A DNA stretch of 64,000 bases from Euprymna scolopes. Its lineage: Eukaryota. The DNA lies in assembly GCA_053919585.1 (NCBI GenBank), contig CM132785.1, one strand, 5' to 3'. The translations under genes and the position numbers were made by a program. This document shows positions 1-14,562 of this stretch, piece by piece (position 1 is the first letter of the stretch; each line of letters starts with the position of its first letter). The notes below the pieces were generated by a model, which had not been told where the DNA came from, did not search any database, and was given only the letters and a program-made list of their open reading frames with translations.

Positions 1-353
1 CCTTCATAGTTTTAGCTCGTGTAAATAATGTATAAGAATGTTAAGCAGTATAAAATTATTGCATATCGTTTCTTCACTTTAAAACTATATGGATTAAGAA
101 AGGAAATTTTCTAATCCGTTTTATTGAAATTATGTGTTCACGAGTTTTACCAGTGCTTTGATTTTTACCGTTTAATTGATTCGTTTCAAACATTGCTAAA
201 GTTTACTGTTAAATTTTATTATTTATTAACAATTAAAATATATGTCACCATATGTTATTGAATTATATAATCAAATTAAAAATTTATCTGACGTGCCGAT
301 TAATTACATTGATTAAGATAAAAAAGTTAGTGATTTCAATTTGAATATCTAAC

Positions 354-536
354 CTCCGAATCCGCCTCCTAATTTGTTGAGCGCAATCCTGGCATCCCGA
401 AGATCAATAGCAACTTCTGGATATTGAGCTTTTCCGGCAATCTCAATAAGTTCTTCTAATTTTGGTTGGTCACTGTTCTTTATGGCTAATCGTAATTGTT
501 TACGCAGAGCGTCCGGTGACATGTCCACGGAAATAT
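354..536 (-). CDS. Exon class D (variant, 183 nt)
   Basis: DISVDMSPDALRKQL...GGGFG; tag acceptor, gttag donor. Confidence 0.85.
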
Positions 537-1947
537 CTACGTAAAATGACACAAATTATCTTACTAAACGGAAACGACATTTTATTACTTAATGTAAAGT
601 TACATGACACTTCTTATTTATGAAAACTTAATTTGAAAAATTAGATAGAAGCATTAAAATAGTGTGAATAATAAAATGATAAAATAGTCTTTTAAGCAAT
701 ATGAAATTAATGTATATATTATTAGTTCAATACATTTATTATCGTTTGCTCTTATAGCAATATTCTATTCATTAATAATCATGTTACTAGAATTATAATA
801 TAAAACGTTTGGTTCATTCTAAAATATTCAGAAAAAAACGTAAATATGTTGTTGTTTTCAAGATTAAAGTTAAAACCAAAATTAACCAATAATGAATGTT
901 TATAATGAAAACAATACATTCAGATAAGGTGTGTGAAAATGAAAGGTTCGAACCTGCATCGGCATGTTTCTTTTTGAAAAGACGGAAGCTAGGACGTTTC
1001 ACATGTAATCTTGGCAACGAGAATGATCCTGATAATTAAAATTAATTATAATCATGAGAATTTCAACCATGAAAAAACATGATTCAAACAAACAAATATT
1101 TATTCTGAAGCTGATCTAAAAGTGTTCCTTTTTTATTATTTATTTTTGAGCTAAAGACATAGCTTATCAAATTTATCTACATGCATATTGAGAATTATAA
1201 TTGATTCTTAGATAAAATGCTAATTTCATAAGCTTAATAAATTTACGCAAATAAATAGTTTTAATGAGAATTTATTCATGGGTTTATAATTATTAATGTA
1301 GAACATTATATAATAGTTATTCATTTAAATGTACGCGATGAATTATATTTTTCATTAACATTATAAACATGCTGTCGATAAATTTAAGGTAAATGTGATT
1401 TTATTTCAGAATAAAGTCAGATAATGTCAACATATATTCTTTAAAATGCATTAAGATGAGATCAAATTCGTCAAACCATGCAAAGAGAGAGAGAGAGAGA
1501 GGGGGGTAATGTCAAGCTGATCTGTTATATAGAGAATTTTAAAAAAGCCGAATGAATGGTAGGGCGTTAGGACAAACCTTTTCCACTTTCTTCCAAGGAT
1601 CCCAGATGAAGTCTGGCTTCTTGGATATCGGGCAAAAGTTCGGCGTGTCCAGAACTTACACATTCGGCTATTACTTTTCCTAGAATTTCTGGATCGTTTT
1701 TCTTCATGGCATTCTCTAGCTTCACGCGGAGTTTGTCTACGCTCAATTTTCCTGATAAGCAAAATGTACCATTGAAGAAAATAGTCAATCCTCTCCCCTC
1801 CAGTAAAAAATTGTTAATAAAAATATATACCAAAAATGTCAGTGCAGGGGATTGATGAAAAAAGGGTGCAAGAAAGATGAACTAAGAATCAGATTCCCAA
1901 ATTACAACATATAGACCATGCATTTTTAAAAAATTTCAGTGGAAAAA

Positions 1948-1991
<44 letters not shown>

Positions 1992-4179
1992 AATAATGAA
2001 AATAAAAAGTTAAATATTTATATCTTAATAGAAACTTTATATGAATCAAGATGACATGTATTATGCATAGTTATGATATATTGGATAATCATCGATTGTT
2101 AACACTCTTATTATTATTAATGTTTATTTCTAACTCAAAATAAAACCATCTTATACATTTAATCGAATTTGATTACAAACTGTTCTTAGTATTTTTTAAA
2201 TGATGTTTAAAGACGCTAAAGTCTCACATAAAATTATCTCCATTTTTTAAATTTCTTATATGGAAGATTCTTGTCAAATATTTTTACTTTTCCGACTGAC
2301 AATATGCAAAAATAAAGAGTGAAAGAGAGAAGATACAGTGCGAACACAAAAGAGTTTATACAAATGAAAATTTTAATCCTCTCAACTAACCTCCTCGGCC
2401 AAGACCCAATCCTTCCATAGTGTTTCTAGCCTGAGCAAGGTCAAAATAAAGTTCCGGAAAACCGGCTTCCTCACACTCAGTTATGGCCTTTTCCAATTCA
2501 ACTTTGTTCTTGTGTTTAATTGCTGCCCTTAGTTGTGCACGGAGGGCCTCTGGAGTTTTCAGTCCTGATTAAGGTAATTATTAATTATTAATTATAAATA
2601 TTATTAATTATGAATAACTATTAGTGATTATAATCTCAAGATTATTTATTAGAAAGCTTCTTTATAAATGTTAAGTAGAATGAACATTGACATTATTGTA
2701 TGGATTGAACATTATCTACGTAAATGTCAAGAATAATTAACACGCAATATGTAAACCAATAAAATAAACACATAAGTTTATGAAAAAACCGCATTAGAAT
2801 CCAATCTCATACTTAATCAACATGTTTTAATGTATAAAATACTTTGTATTTCACAATTTTTTCTTTAAAATCTGGCTTCTCTACACGCGATTTTAATAAC
2901 TGCAAGACATGTAGATATGTTATGGTAATAATTAAAATCGAGTGCCGAGAGGACATATTTTATAATAAATAAAATTATGACATTAAAACTGTTAAAAACT
3001 TTCCAAGTTTGCTAGAGAATATTTGTATTCTATTCTAATGCGTCTTATATACGTTATGTGTTGTTATTTTTCGTTTACCAGTTATCGAATATATACTATT
3101 CGATAATTTACATGTTATTTATTTTATATAATTGTAAGAAAAATAATGTTGATATATTCATGAATTATAATCCACAGTTAGCTTATTATAAAATAGTTTC
3201 ATATATTTCAAATGTATTTTCTAGTCATGTGTATATAATTATAAATCAAATTTACCACGATAATAAATATTAGATCATTTAATAACTTTAAATGTTAGAT
3301 AAATCATTTAAGTATTTCATGCTATTTTAATATATATGAATCAGTATTCCAACCTCCTTGTCCTCCTTCCAGTTTGAATAAGGCCTCTCTTGCTTGATGA
3401 ATGTCGACATCAAGGCCTGGAAGACCAGCGGATATACTTTCGGTAATGGCGGCATTCAAGTTCTTCTTGTCATTTGATTTAAACGCTGCCTTCAACCGTC
3501 CAAGAAGATTGTCCAGCGAGAGATTTCCTATTAATCGAAGTTCGACGGTATTAAAGAGTTTGAATAAGAAAAGAGAATTCAATTTCTAACTTTTACTTTT
3601 TCCAGATTAAATTACTACAAATTTTTAAAAAATGTAAAATTGTGAATTTATATAAAATTCTGTTGATAAATTAAAATTTAAATGTGATACAAATTATATT
3701 TTATTTAAAAACTGGAAAATATTTTTTTAAAATTATTTTTTATATATATTTTCATGTGAGAATCTAACCTCCAAATCCGCCTCCTAATTTGTTGAGAGTT
3801 TCCCGAGCTTCACGAAGATCAAACGCCAATTCTGGATATCGGGATTCTTCAGCAATTTCAATGAGTTGTTCTAATTTCGCTCGGTCTTTGTTCTTTATAG
3901 CTAATTGCAGTTGAGTACGCAGTTTCTCAGGTGACAAATCGCCAATGGATATATCTATATGCAATAACAACCATCAGGTTTTAAAAGAAAATATCAAAAA
4001 TAAAATAATTAATGGTATTTAACATAAGTAAAATGAAACTGCAAATTAATAGTTCTATTCAATACACCGATTTTATTTTATCTTATTTTACATGTTAATA
4101 TTATATTTAAGTCTTTACTATTAATCTTATATGTATATAAATGACCGATTATAAATTTATAATAAATAGCTTATAAATT

Positions 4180-4233
<54 letters not shown>

Positions 4234-4640
4234 TGCAAGTTTATAGTAATAATAACAATAATAAGTTAATAAGTGTATAATAATACCAATGCTCGATCTA
4301 CAACATATAATAAAAACGATGTATGCACGGAGTTACGATCATAAATTTAGAATTGTGATGAACCTTATCCTTTCGTAAAGGATTTTAACTACTTTCTGAA
4401 AAGAGATGTACAGTAAAATGTTTTTCGTTTACGATAATAAATCGCAAAGTAAAGATTCGCACCTGCATCTCCATGTTTTTTACCGAACAAACTGAATTTA
4501 GGAGCTTTGAAATGGAATTGTGGGAACGACCATGATCCTGATAATCAAAATAAAAAAAAATGTCAAACACCTTTACTATATTCGATAAAAAAAATTCTAT
4601 ATTGTATTTCAACATTTTCTACCTTGAGTAATAAAAGATT

Positions 4641-4709
<69 letters not shown>

Positions 4710-7700
4710 TTACTATTTAATTGTTGGTATTGATATGAAGGAAATGTATTTGTTTATCACGATTTGAAATTGAATGTTGATGAAAATATGTATTTTAAGT
4801 TAGCATATCTATAACATTAATGCGGTAAGTGATTATCAAAAGGGAAAATAAATCGATAAACTTTTATTAAAATAAGAATTTACAAAAATATATTTAATTT
4901 AGAATACATATCGTTTAAATGCAAGTTAAATATTCTTTGAAAGTTCAGTTTACGAATCGCGAACTCTATAAGAAATCAAACGAATCGGAACAAACCTCTG
5001 TCAGTCGCTTCCAGAGAATCCAGATGGATTCTCGCTGCTTGGATATCAGGTAAAAGTTCTGGATATCCAGAACTGACACATTCGGCGATTACTTTCTCTA
5101 AAAGTTCTGGGTCGTTTTTCTTGATGGCACCATCAAGTTTCAGCCGGAGTTTGTCGACATTCAATTTTCCTAATAAACAAACCCAATTTCAAAGATGAAA
5201 CATATAAATCTAATATTGCTAGGATGTAAAATTAGTTATAAGTATATCTAAGTGAAGAATAATGTCAATTTACGTAAAAAAAAATTTTTAAACCGCACGA
5301 GATATTCTCTTTAATTTATTTTTATGAATACGTTGACAATATATTAGATGAGAGAATTCATATGTATTGATTGTATTCAAAATATTTTTACTGACGAGCA
5401 CTAAAAGAATCTAAACAATTGAGGTTTGATAAAGAAAAAGTGTTAATTTGTAAACTTGATAATAATAGTATAAGCTATACTTTAACATTTTTATTGCATT
5501 AATATTATTACAAAATATTTTACAACCTGATTTCCATATGATATAAATATATTAGTTCAAATATCTTAGTGTGTATTTTCGCTGAAGGACGCTAGTCGTA
5601 AAATATTTAATATAGATTTTATTTGTTTAAATATTCTGTTTGTGAGAGAATTAAAAATATAGAAATAGATAAAGAATAGAGAAAGTGATAAATAGTATTT
5701 CATCTACTAACCTCCACGACCAAATCCCAAACCATCCAATGTATCTCTGGCCAGACGGAGATCCAGAGCAAGTTCCGGATAACCGACTTCCTCACATTCT
5801 ATGATAGCTTGTTCCAGTGCTAGTTTGTCTTTATTTTTAATTGCTGCCTTCAGATCAGCGCGGAGAGCCTCTGGAGTCTTCAATGCTGATTGACGGAATT
5901 AGTGATGAGAAATATCTTGTTAAAGTATTAATTAAAACTACATATTTGTGAATATTTACTAGAAATTTTTACTAAGATGAATTTAATGTAATGCGTGCCA
6001 TTGTATGAAAATCAGCCATTTATTAATACTATCTAGAATGCTATTGAACAGTATATATAATATATTACAAATGAAGCTAAATGTTTGGTTTTACAAATAA
6101 TATTTCTAAACAAACGATTATTTTATTCGCGAATCTGAATATTAGCGTAGAATACCACAAAGTGATATAGCATCAATAAAAATGCAGCTTCATATGCAAT
6201 ACACTATATATTGTCAGAAATATTTTTAATATTAAGATAATATATACCAACAGCATATATAGATTTGGCCCATTTAAAAGTAGCCCAATTACAAGTCGAA
6301 TGAAAGATTGTTATTGAGAATTAAGCAGCGGAATTATGATTTTCATTGTGTACTTGATACTTGTGCAGTTTATGAGCCGTGTTATCTTTAGATTAGATTA
6401 TCAAATTAGAATTCCATTTTTACGGTATTTTTTGCTTATTAGTTTGTTAATTGAATGCATAGAATAGTTAAATAACCTCCTTAACAACAGCTTTCTAAAT
6501 AATAACGTTATTACTTCAGCACAGTCTGTAAATTGCGCAAGTACCGTGTATTTTGTGTGGATATTTGTATTCTTGTTCCACGAAAGAAGAAAACTTAATA
6601 TAGATTGGAGAGCAGTGTATCCATAATATAATAAACAAACTATCAAGGTTTAGAAATTGGGCTGCTTTTAATTGGATACCAAGATTTCATATTCAAATTT
6701 AAATGCTGTCATTTTTCATGTACATACGTATTTCTTAAAATCTCTTTCAATGTACAAAAAACATATTTTATCATTTATCATAACCTGATTCATTGTTTAC
6801 ATATAATTATAGAATTTTTAAAATCCCATTAAAATATGTTATATTAAAATGTATATTAATCACTGATCTAACCTCCTTTGCCGCCTTCTATTTGGAATAA
6901 GGAATCTCTTGCTTGTTGGATTTCAACATCTAGACCAGGAATACCAGCCGATATGCTTTCATTAATGGCTACATCGAGGGCTTTCTTGTCTTTTGATTTA
7001 AACGCTGCCTTAAGCCGCTCACGAAGCCATTCCAAAGAAAGGTTTCCTGACGATTGAACATCGATTTAGAAAAAACATTAAAATGCATTGAATTTATGTC
7101 ACTTACATAAAAAAACGAAGTTGTTATATTTTTGACATAATCGCATTATAATTAATTACATAAGAAGAAGATGTTTCATATTGACAGAATAATCGTTACA
7201 ATTAAACAATATAATTCAAAGTTTATAATACATGCATATGTAGATTTTTATATGTATATATACATACAAAAACATTTGAATCATTATATATAATTTTAAA
7301 ATACAGTACTGTTTATTTTTCCACCATTAATATAATATACATAAATATTCGTAATATGTATACCTCCAAATCCGCCTCCCATTTTGTTTAGTGCTATGCG
7401 GGCATCACGGAGATCAAAAGCCAGCTCTGGATATTTGGCTTCTTCTGCAAGCTCAATAAGTTGTTCCAATTTGTGCTTATCTTTAGCCTCTATAGCTAAT
7501 CGGAGCTGCTCACGGAGAGTATCCGGTGATAAGTCATCCAGAGAAATATCTAAGTAAAATGATAGTTCATTGTCAGGTATTTATATCACAGTTTAAAATT
7601 ATAACATCTTAATATTTGATTTCATTTTAAAATCATTATATTATTATAACATTATGTACTTTTTAAAAATTTATTATTTCATTGCGTAAATATGACGAAA

Positions 7701-10700
7701 TGTACGTATTTATTACGAATTACATCTGACTTGATACAATAATTCCAATTATATTTGAATCGTTTTCATTAAGATACTTTCGTTATAAGTAAGTATATTT
7801 TGATTTCATTAATAAAAAGTATATTGAACTGTTTTATTAATTTATATATGGTTATAATAGAATTATACTACTATACATAATGCAAAAAATGATATTATGC
7901 GTAATCGATATTGAATGGAAAATTCCTGAGATCTTTAGACAAGGATATTTATGTGTTTATATGATAGAACAGAAAGTAAATGATTCGAACCTGTATCTCC
8001 ATGTTTACTACGGAAGAAACTGAACTTTGGAGCTTTCAAATTGAAGCGAGGTAACGACCAGGATGCTGATAATCAAAGTGATTGCAATTTAAATTACTTG
8101 ATTTAAAACAATATTCACAAAAAAGAAATTAACTCAAGAAATCGACAAAGACTCGGACAAAGACCGGTAATAGTTAAACGAAAATTTACGTGTAATATTT
8201 ATTTACGTATGCAATATAAAACACGATTATATTCGTATTTAATGAATTAGTATTTGAATGAAGTGGTGTATATTTGATCGCAACTTGAAGATTTTAGGTG
8301 TATATGTCAGTAATTATAACACTGTAAACAAATTAAAAATTTCACTTTAGGAATGATTCATAATTCGTATTATTATATGTTGAAATTGTACATATAACAA
8401 ATAAAAGTCAATAAATGACATNNNNNNNNNNNNNNNNNNNNNNNNNNNNNNNNNNNNNNNNNNNNNNNNNNNNNNNNNNNNNNNNNNNNNNNNNNNNNNN
8501 NNNNNNNNNNNNNNNNNNNNNNNNNNNNNNNNNNNNNNNNNNNNNNNNNNNNNNNNNNNNNNNNNNNNAAGTAAGCTGCGTAGAAGCGTTTGTGTATAAT
8601 CCTTGTAGGAAATNNNNNNNNNNNNNNNNNNNNNNNNNNNNNNNNNNNNNNNNNNNNNNNNNNNNNNNNNNNNNNNNNNNNNNNNNNNNNNNNNNNNNNN
8701 NNNNNNNNNNNNNNNNNNNNNNNNNNNNNNNNNNNNNNNNNNNNNNNNNNNTTTACTATATATTTGTATTATTTTCATGTAATGATTTGTATGAAGAAAT
8801 CAATATAATTAGACAAAACCCACCTCCACCACTTTCCTCCAGCGAATCAAGATAGATTCTAGCCCCTTGGATATCGGGCAAAAGTTCCGGGTGGCCGGAA
8901 CTGACACATTCGGCTATCACCTTAGCTAGAACATCCGGATCCTTTTTCTTCATGGCCCCATCTAGTTTCAAACGGAGTTTATCTACACTCAGTTTTCCTG
9001 ATGAACAAACAGAAATACTAATAACATCTCGGAAATAAAATGCATTAAATTAATGATGACAAACAATAAGTACGAAACCAAGAATTGACGAAATAGCGGG
9101 GTTTATACTATTTGTCCAAGGTATAAGCTGTCCACACTGTTTATAACAAAGTACACATAATGAAATGTAAGTAGACATCAGTCGCAAATCGCTACTTATT
9201 AATTTTTATATAAATTTGTGTTAAGGATCTAATAATTAACCTTAAAATGAAGATAATGGCAAGAACGCTATCAAAATATTATACATAATAAATAAATAGC
9301 ATTGTTTTTAAAAAGAATTAATTTATTCATATGATGTATAAAAACTGTAATTTCAATACACGTTTAACTAAACATTTATGTGAGTGTGATTTATTGACTA
9401 AAATATGTTCGACAGAAGAAAATTGGGCAAGAAATGATGAGATATGTTTAATAATCGAAACCTTGATATAAATGGATTTTTCAAATACATGCATTGATAA
9501 CGCTTGATATTCATTAATAGTTTCTTAATATCAAAAACATATCATTTGAAATATCTAAAGTCCAAGTAAATATATATGAAATACCCTATTAATAAACTGT
9601 AAAAGGGAACTTCTCTTATGAAATATTTTTAGGAAAAATAAATGTGTTTTCATTTATCCACAGATGTTACCATCAAAATAAGTCACTGTTATTTTATTTT
9701 TAATTCACATAAATAATTATTAAGTATTTCATAATAAATCAACGCTTGATATAATTAATTTATTACTTTCTTGCCTTATTTTCATATATATATATATATA
9801 AATATATATATAATATTTTTGTCGATATTAATGGTAAATAATTAAATTATTAAAAATAAAAACAAAACCCATAAAATATCATGTTTATAATTATTTAAGA
9901 AAATTAATTTTATTAACAATATTAGTTTTAAAATTACAACAGATAAATATAGATAATGTTATGCTTTCAGAATGAATGCTTATAGCTAAATGAATAACCG
10001 TCGGATGGCGGGTTGTGTTTCGCTTTTACAAAATAAAGAATTGTTAAACAATATTCGCACGTTAATTAATAGTACAATAAAGCCGATGTAAGTGTGGAAT
10101 AAGGAATTAAGGAACAAATATTAAATAAAAATAAAATAGATATTAACGATCCCATTTACTAACCTCCACGACCAAAGCCCATTCCGTCCAATGTGTCCCT
10201 GGCTAGACGAAGATCGAGAGCAAGTTCGGGATAACCGGCTTCTTCACATTCAATGATGGCCTTATCCAACTCAAGTTTGTCTTTGTTTTTGATAGCTGCC
10301 CTCAATCGTGCGCGGAGAGTCTCTGGGGTTTTCAACCCTGATTAATATAAGTAGTGATTATAAACATCTCGGACCAATAAAAATCTTATTTTAGATATAG
10401 ATTATTATTTTTTATAGATAAAATAATAATTTACTTTTAGTATCATAATTTATATGTAGTTAATTAAATAACATGTGTATATAATTATAATTTAATGATT
10501 GAATTTGGCTTATAGGCCATTGATTATTATTATTTTCCATGAACATATTACATTATTTTTATAAAATATACGCAAAGAATATAAAGATTAAACTTACGAC
10601 ATTAGAATGTGTTAAGTTTCAATTTAATTGCAAAAGTATGAAATAAATTAAACATTCAAGAGTTGGAAGTCGTGTTAATCTAACCTCCTTTGCCGCCTTC

Positions 10701-12521
10701 CAATTTGAATAATAGCTCTCTGGCTTGTTGTATTTCGAGATCCAGACCAGGAATACCGGCCGATAAACTTTCATTAATGGCGGCTTCGAGAACCTTCTTG
10801 TCATTTGATTTGAGCGCTGCCTTTAGCTTTCCACGCAGTCCTTCCAGAGTAATATTTCCTGATAATCAAATTGAATAAAGTAGGTAAATGTCATAATTTA
10901 AATTTTATCATGCAAATTGCATAGTTGCTATTTAGTAAATATTTAATGTAACGCCATTTAAGAAACACAAAAGTGTTGAATTATATATTTTAAAAATATA
11001 AGTTTTTTAAAATTATCTAACCTCCGAATCCACCGCCATTATTGTTGAGTGCTTCACGGGCGTCGCGGAGATCAAATGCCAATTCTGGATAATTGGCTTC
11101 TTCGGCAATCTCAATGAATTGTTCTAGTTTGGGTCGGTCATTGTTCTTGATGGCTAAGCGAAGTTGTTCACGGAGTGTGTCCGGTGTGATATCATCCAGA
11201 GAAATATCTAAGTAAAATAGGTAAAATGTATTTGCCTTTGTGGACTAAGAAGAACGTTCAGTACTAAAGGGTCTCATTTTGAAAGAAATGGGCTACTTAT
11301 TTATGAATATCAAACCGAATATTTATTGAAATTGTCTGACATGAATTTCACGTCATTATACGTCATTACTGGTATAGTTATAAAACAATTCTATAGATAT
11401 CTCATTACATTATTTGAAATTACTTTGACTATAGCTAATATAAATGTACATTTAATTCTAACTTTACATGATTAGTAATGTTTTTCATATAATTACCATT
11501 ATTTTAATTATTTAATCTTTAACCCGTTTAATCATTCCATATTAATTATATAGAGTAAAGAGAAAAATTATTTTGAACAGCGTGACAATTTAAAAAATAA
11601 TATTAATAATGTTTATAAAAAAACTAAAAGGCCGAACCTGTGTCTCCATATTTCTTACGGAACAGACTGAATTTGGGAAGTTTCATTTGGAATTGTGGAA
11701 ACGACCATGATCCTGACAATCAAAATGCATTTAAATTTTTAAAATACTTTAACCGGTAAATCGAACATCAAATTTGCGTTTATTTTTGGTTTACATGATT
11801 TTTTTTACTAAAGATATATATAATCATAATGTTTAATACAGATTTTTATTTTTCTATCGGATGAATCCACTTTATAAAGTACACAATTTTATGAATATTT
11901 ATATTAGATATCATGAAAAATTACAATATGAATATTTTTATCGAGGTATCGTTTGTAATTATTATACGGAGATGGTTGTGTTCAATTCAAGACAAACAAA
12001 TACTTTATAAATTTTAATAAAGTAAACGATCATTTTTAAATTAAAATAGTATGCACATAAAAACTATTACATAAGAACATTCTACATTTCCTATAAGAAT
12101 CAAGAAGTACAGACCTCTGTCACTTCCTTCCAGAGATTCAAGATGTAATCTGGCCTCTTCGATATCGGGCAAAAGTTCCGGATGTCCAGAACTGACACAT
12201 GCTCCGATCACTTTAGCCAAAAGGTCTGGGTCATCTTTCTTCATAGCGCCTTTGAGTTTCAAGCGAAGGTCGTCTACGCTCAATTTTCCTGACAAACAAA
12301 ATGTATCTATAATAATATATTTAACTTTATATCTCACTATTAGAAAAAGGTATCCCACAAAGAGACTGGTAACAAAAGCTAAAATTTAATCACCGCGAAG
12401 AATTTTGTATTAAATACTTGAAAATCCTAAACAAAAAAAGAAAAATGCTAAAAGTATAATACATAATACTATGAAGTTGCTATTCAATTTTCAATTTAGC
12501 CAGACTTAATGAATTGAATTA

Positions 12522-12575
<54 letters not shown>

Positions 12576-14495
12576 AAACATCTTATCATCTTGTCTTTGG
12601 AGTCTATTCACATTAAAATACTAATAATGAATTGTATAGTCATTATGTAAAACTTTAGTAAACATTTAATATATAATACAATGTTACTACTACACGTTAT
12701 TAACATTGCCCTAGAAACATATTTTACACGTGTATTTAAAATAGACTTACACATGACGGTTGCGTAATTTATAAACAAATATTACAAACTGGAAGTTATT
12801 TTGAAATAATTATGAATTAAAACATATTTAAGAATTATTTCCGAATTCATTAGCATACAATATTATAGCATGTTTATATAAATTTTAGTTGGCCTATAAA
12901 ATTAAAAAAAAGAATGGGAAAGATAAATAAACAGACAGTGGGGACACAAGCGGTTTCATTTGGTAATATCACATTTACTAACCTCCACGACCAAATCCCA
13001 TTCCATCCAATGTGTCTCTAGCAAGACGAAGATCGAGAGAAAGTTCCGGGAAGCCGGCTTCTTCGCATTCAATGATGGCCTTCTCCAATTGAATTCGATC
13101 CTTATTTTCAATTGCTGCCTTCAGTTGGCCACGGTAAAATTCCGGCGTTTTCAATTCTAATTAACGTAATTATTATTTATTATAAACGTAATATGAATAG
13201 AAAATAAGTTCAAATTTTAAGTTTACAATCAATACTTATATTTGTTTAATTGGTTTAGTCAATATATGAATTACATTTAATTATCATGTGGTAGTTATAT
13301 GTATAATTCATTTAATGGATAGCAATTTAAAATTAAAGTTAATTAACATTTTCATGCAACAAGTAATCTATCAGTGGAATAGACTAGAAAATTAATATTT
13401 TCATGTAAATATGGATATCCATCAACATGAGCGCTTTACGCGCATACATATTAATATATATAAAAATCATTACTCATATTACTTAAACAAATTTTCAGTT
13501 TTTGTATATATGGATGTTAAAAAATCTTATGATTATTGTGTAGCTATAGTCAAATATAAGTGTGTCAGCTAACCTCCTTTACCGCCTTCCAATTCAAATA
13601 AGGCAAGTCTTGCATCTTGGATATCGACATCAAGGCCAGGAAGACCGGCTGAGACGCTCTCATTAATGGTTGCATCTAAAGCTTTCTTGTCCTTTGATTT
13701 AAACGCTGCTCTCAGCCGTTCACGCAAATAGTCCAAGGACAGGTTTCCTAATAACCGAATATTGATTTTATTTAATAAAATAGAAACAAAATACACGTTT
13801 AATTCGTTTATAGATATGATAAATATTGATCTCAAAATGCCACCCATTTAATTGTTAATAAAATCCACGAACCTATTTACAACCCAATCATAATTCATAC
13901 AAATAAATAGGTTCTATGCCAGACAGTCTCTATTCATCAAGTTTTTTGTATAAATACACAACCGTCATTATTTTACTGTACTTTAATGATAAGCACACAT
14001 GAAGGCAACGTTCAAAATTGATCAATATCCCCTTTATTTAACTGTTATAGCTCTATCAAATCCGCAAATAGTAAGGGGATTGTTTTGATAGACATTATAT
14101 TTGAGATAATTACTCTAACATCCCATGGGTAAGGTGCAGTGAGTTTGAAACTCCTTCGGTACTACACCTTTACTGATAAGCTGATCGGCAATTGGCCCCG
14201 CAACAGAATATTCAACAGAATAAAGCAATATGTATTAAATGTTTATGATTGAAATTTGTTAGACAATTACATCGTAAACAAAAGTTTAATTGTATCGAGT
14301 ATAATTGGGTGGTAAATAGCGTGGTGAATTATATTAATAATCCTTTGAGTATGATCTTAGGGAAGGTAAACTTGTACATTTTATTTATATTTGATATAAC
14401 GAATTCATTTAATAGATCAGATTAGAATTCAGTACCTGCAATAAATATATATGCTTATGTACTGAAGTGTACATATTCATTTGCTTTACATGTTC

Positions 14496-14562
<67 letters not shown>

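Noticed and set aside
13869-14210. 11-bp hairpin (13869-13914) and a B-box-like string near 14140 on the minus strand
   Set aside because: Probably old repeat debris. No tRNA fold or element boundaries can be supported, and it is not repeated in paralogous introns.
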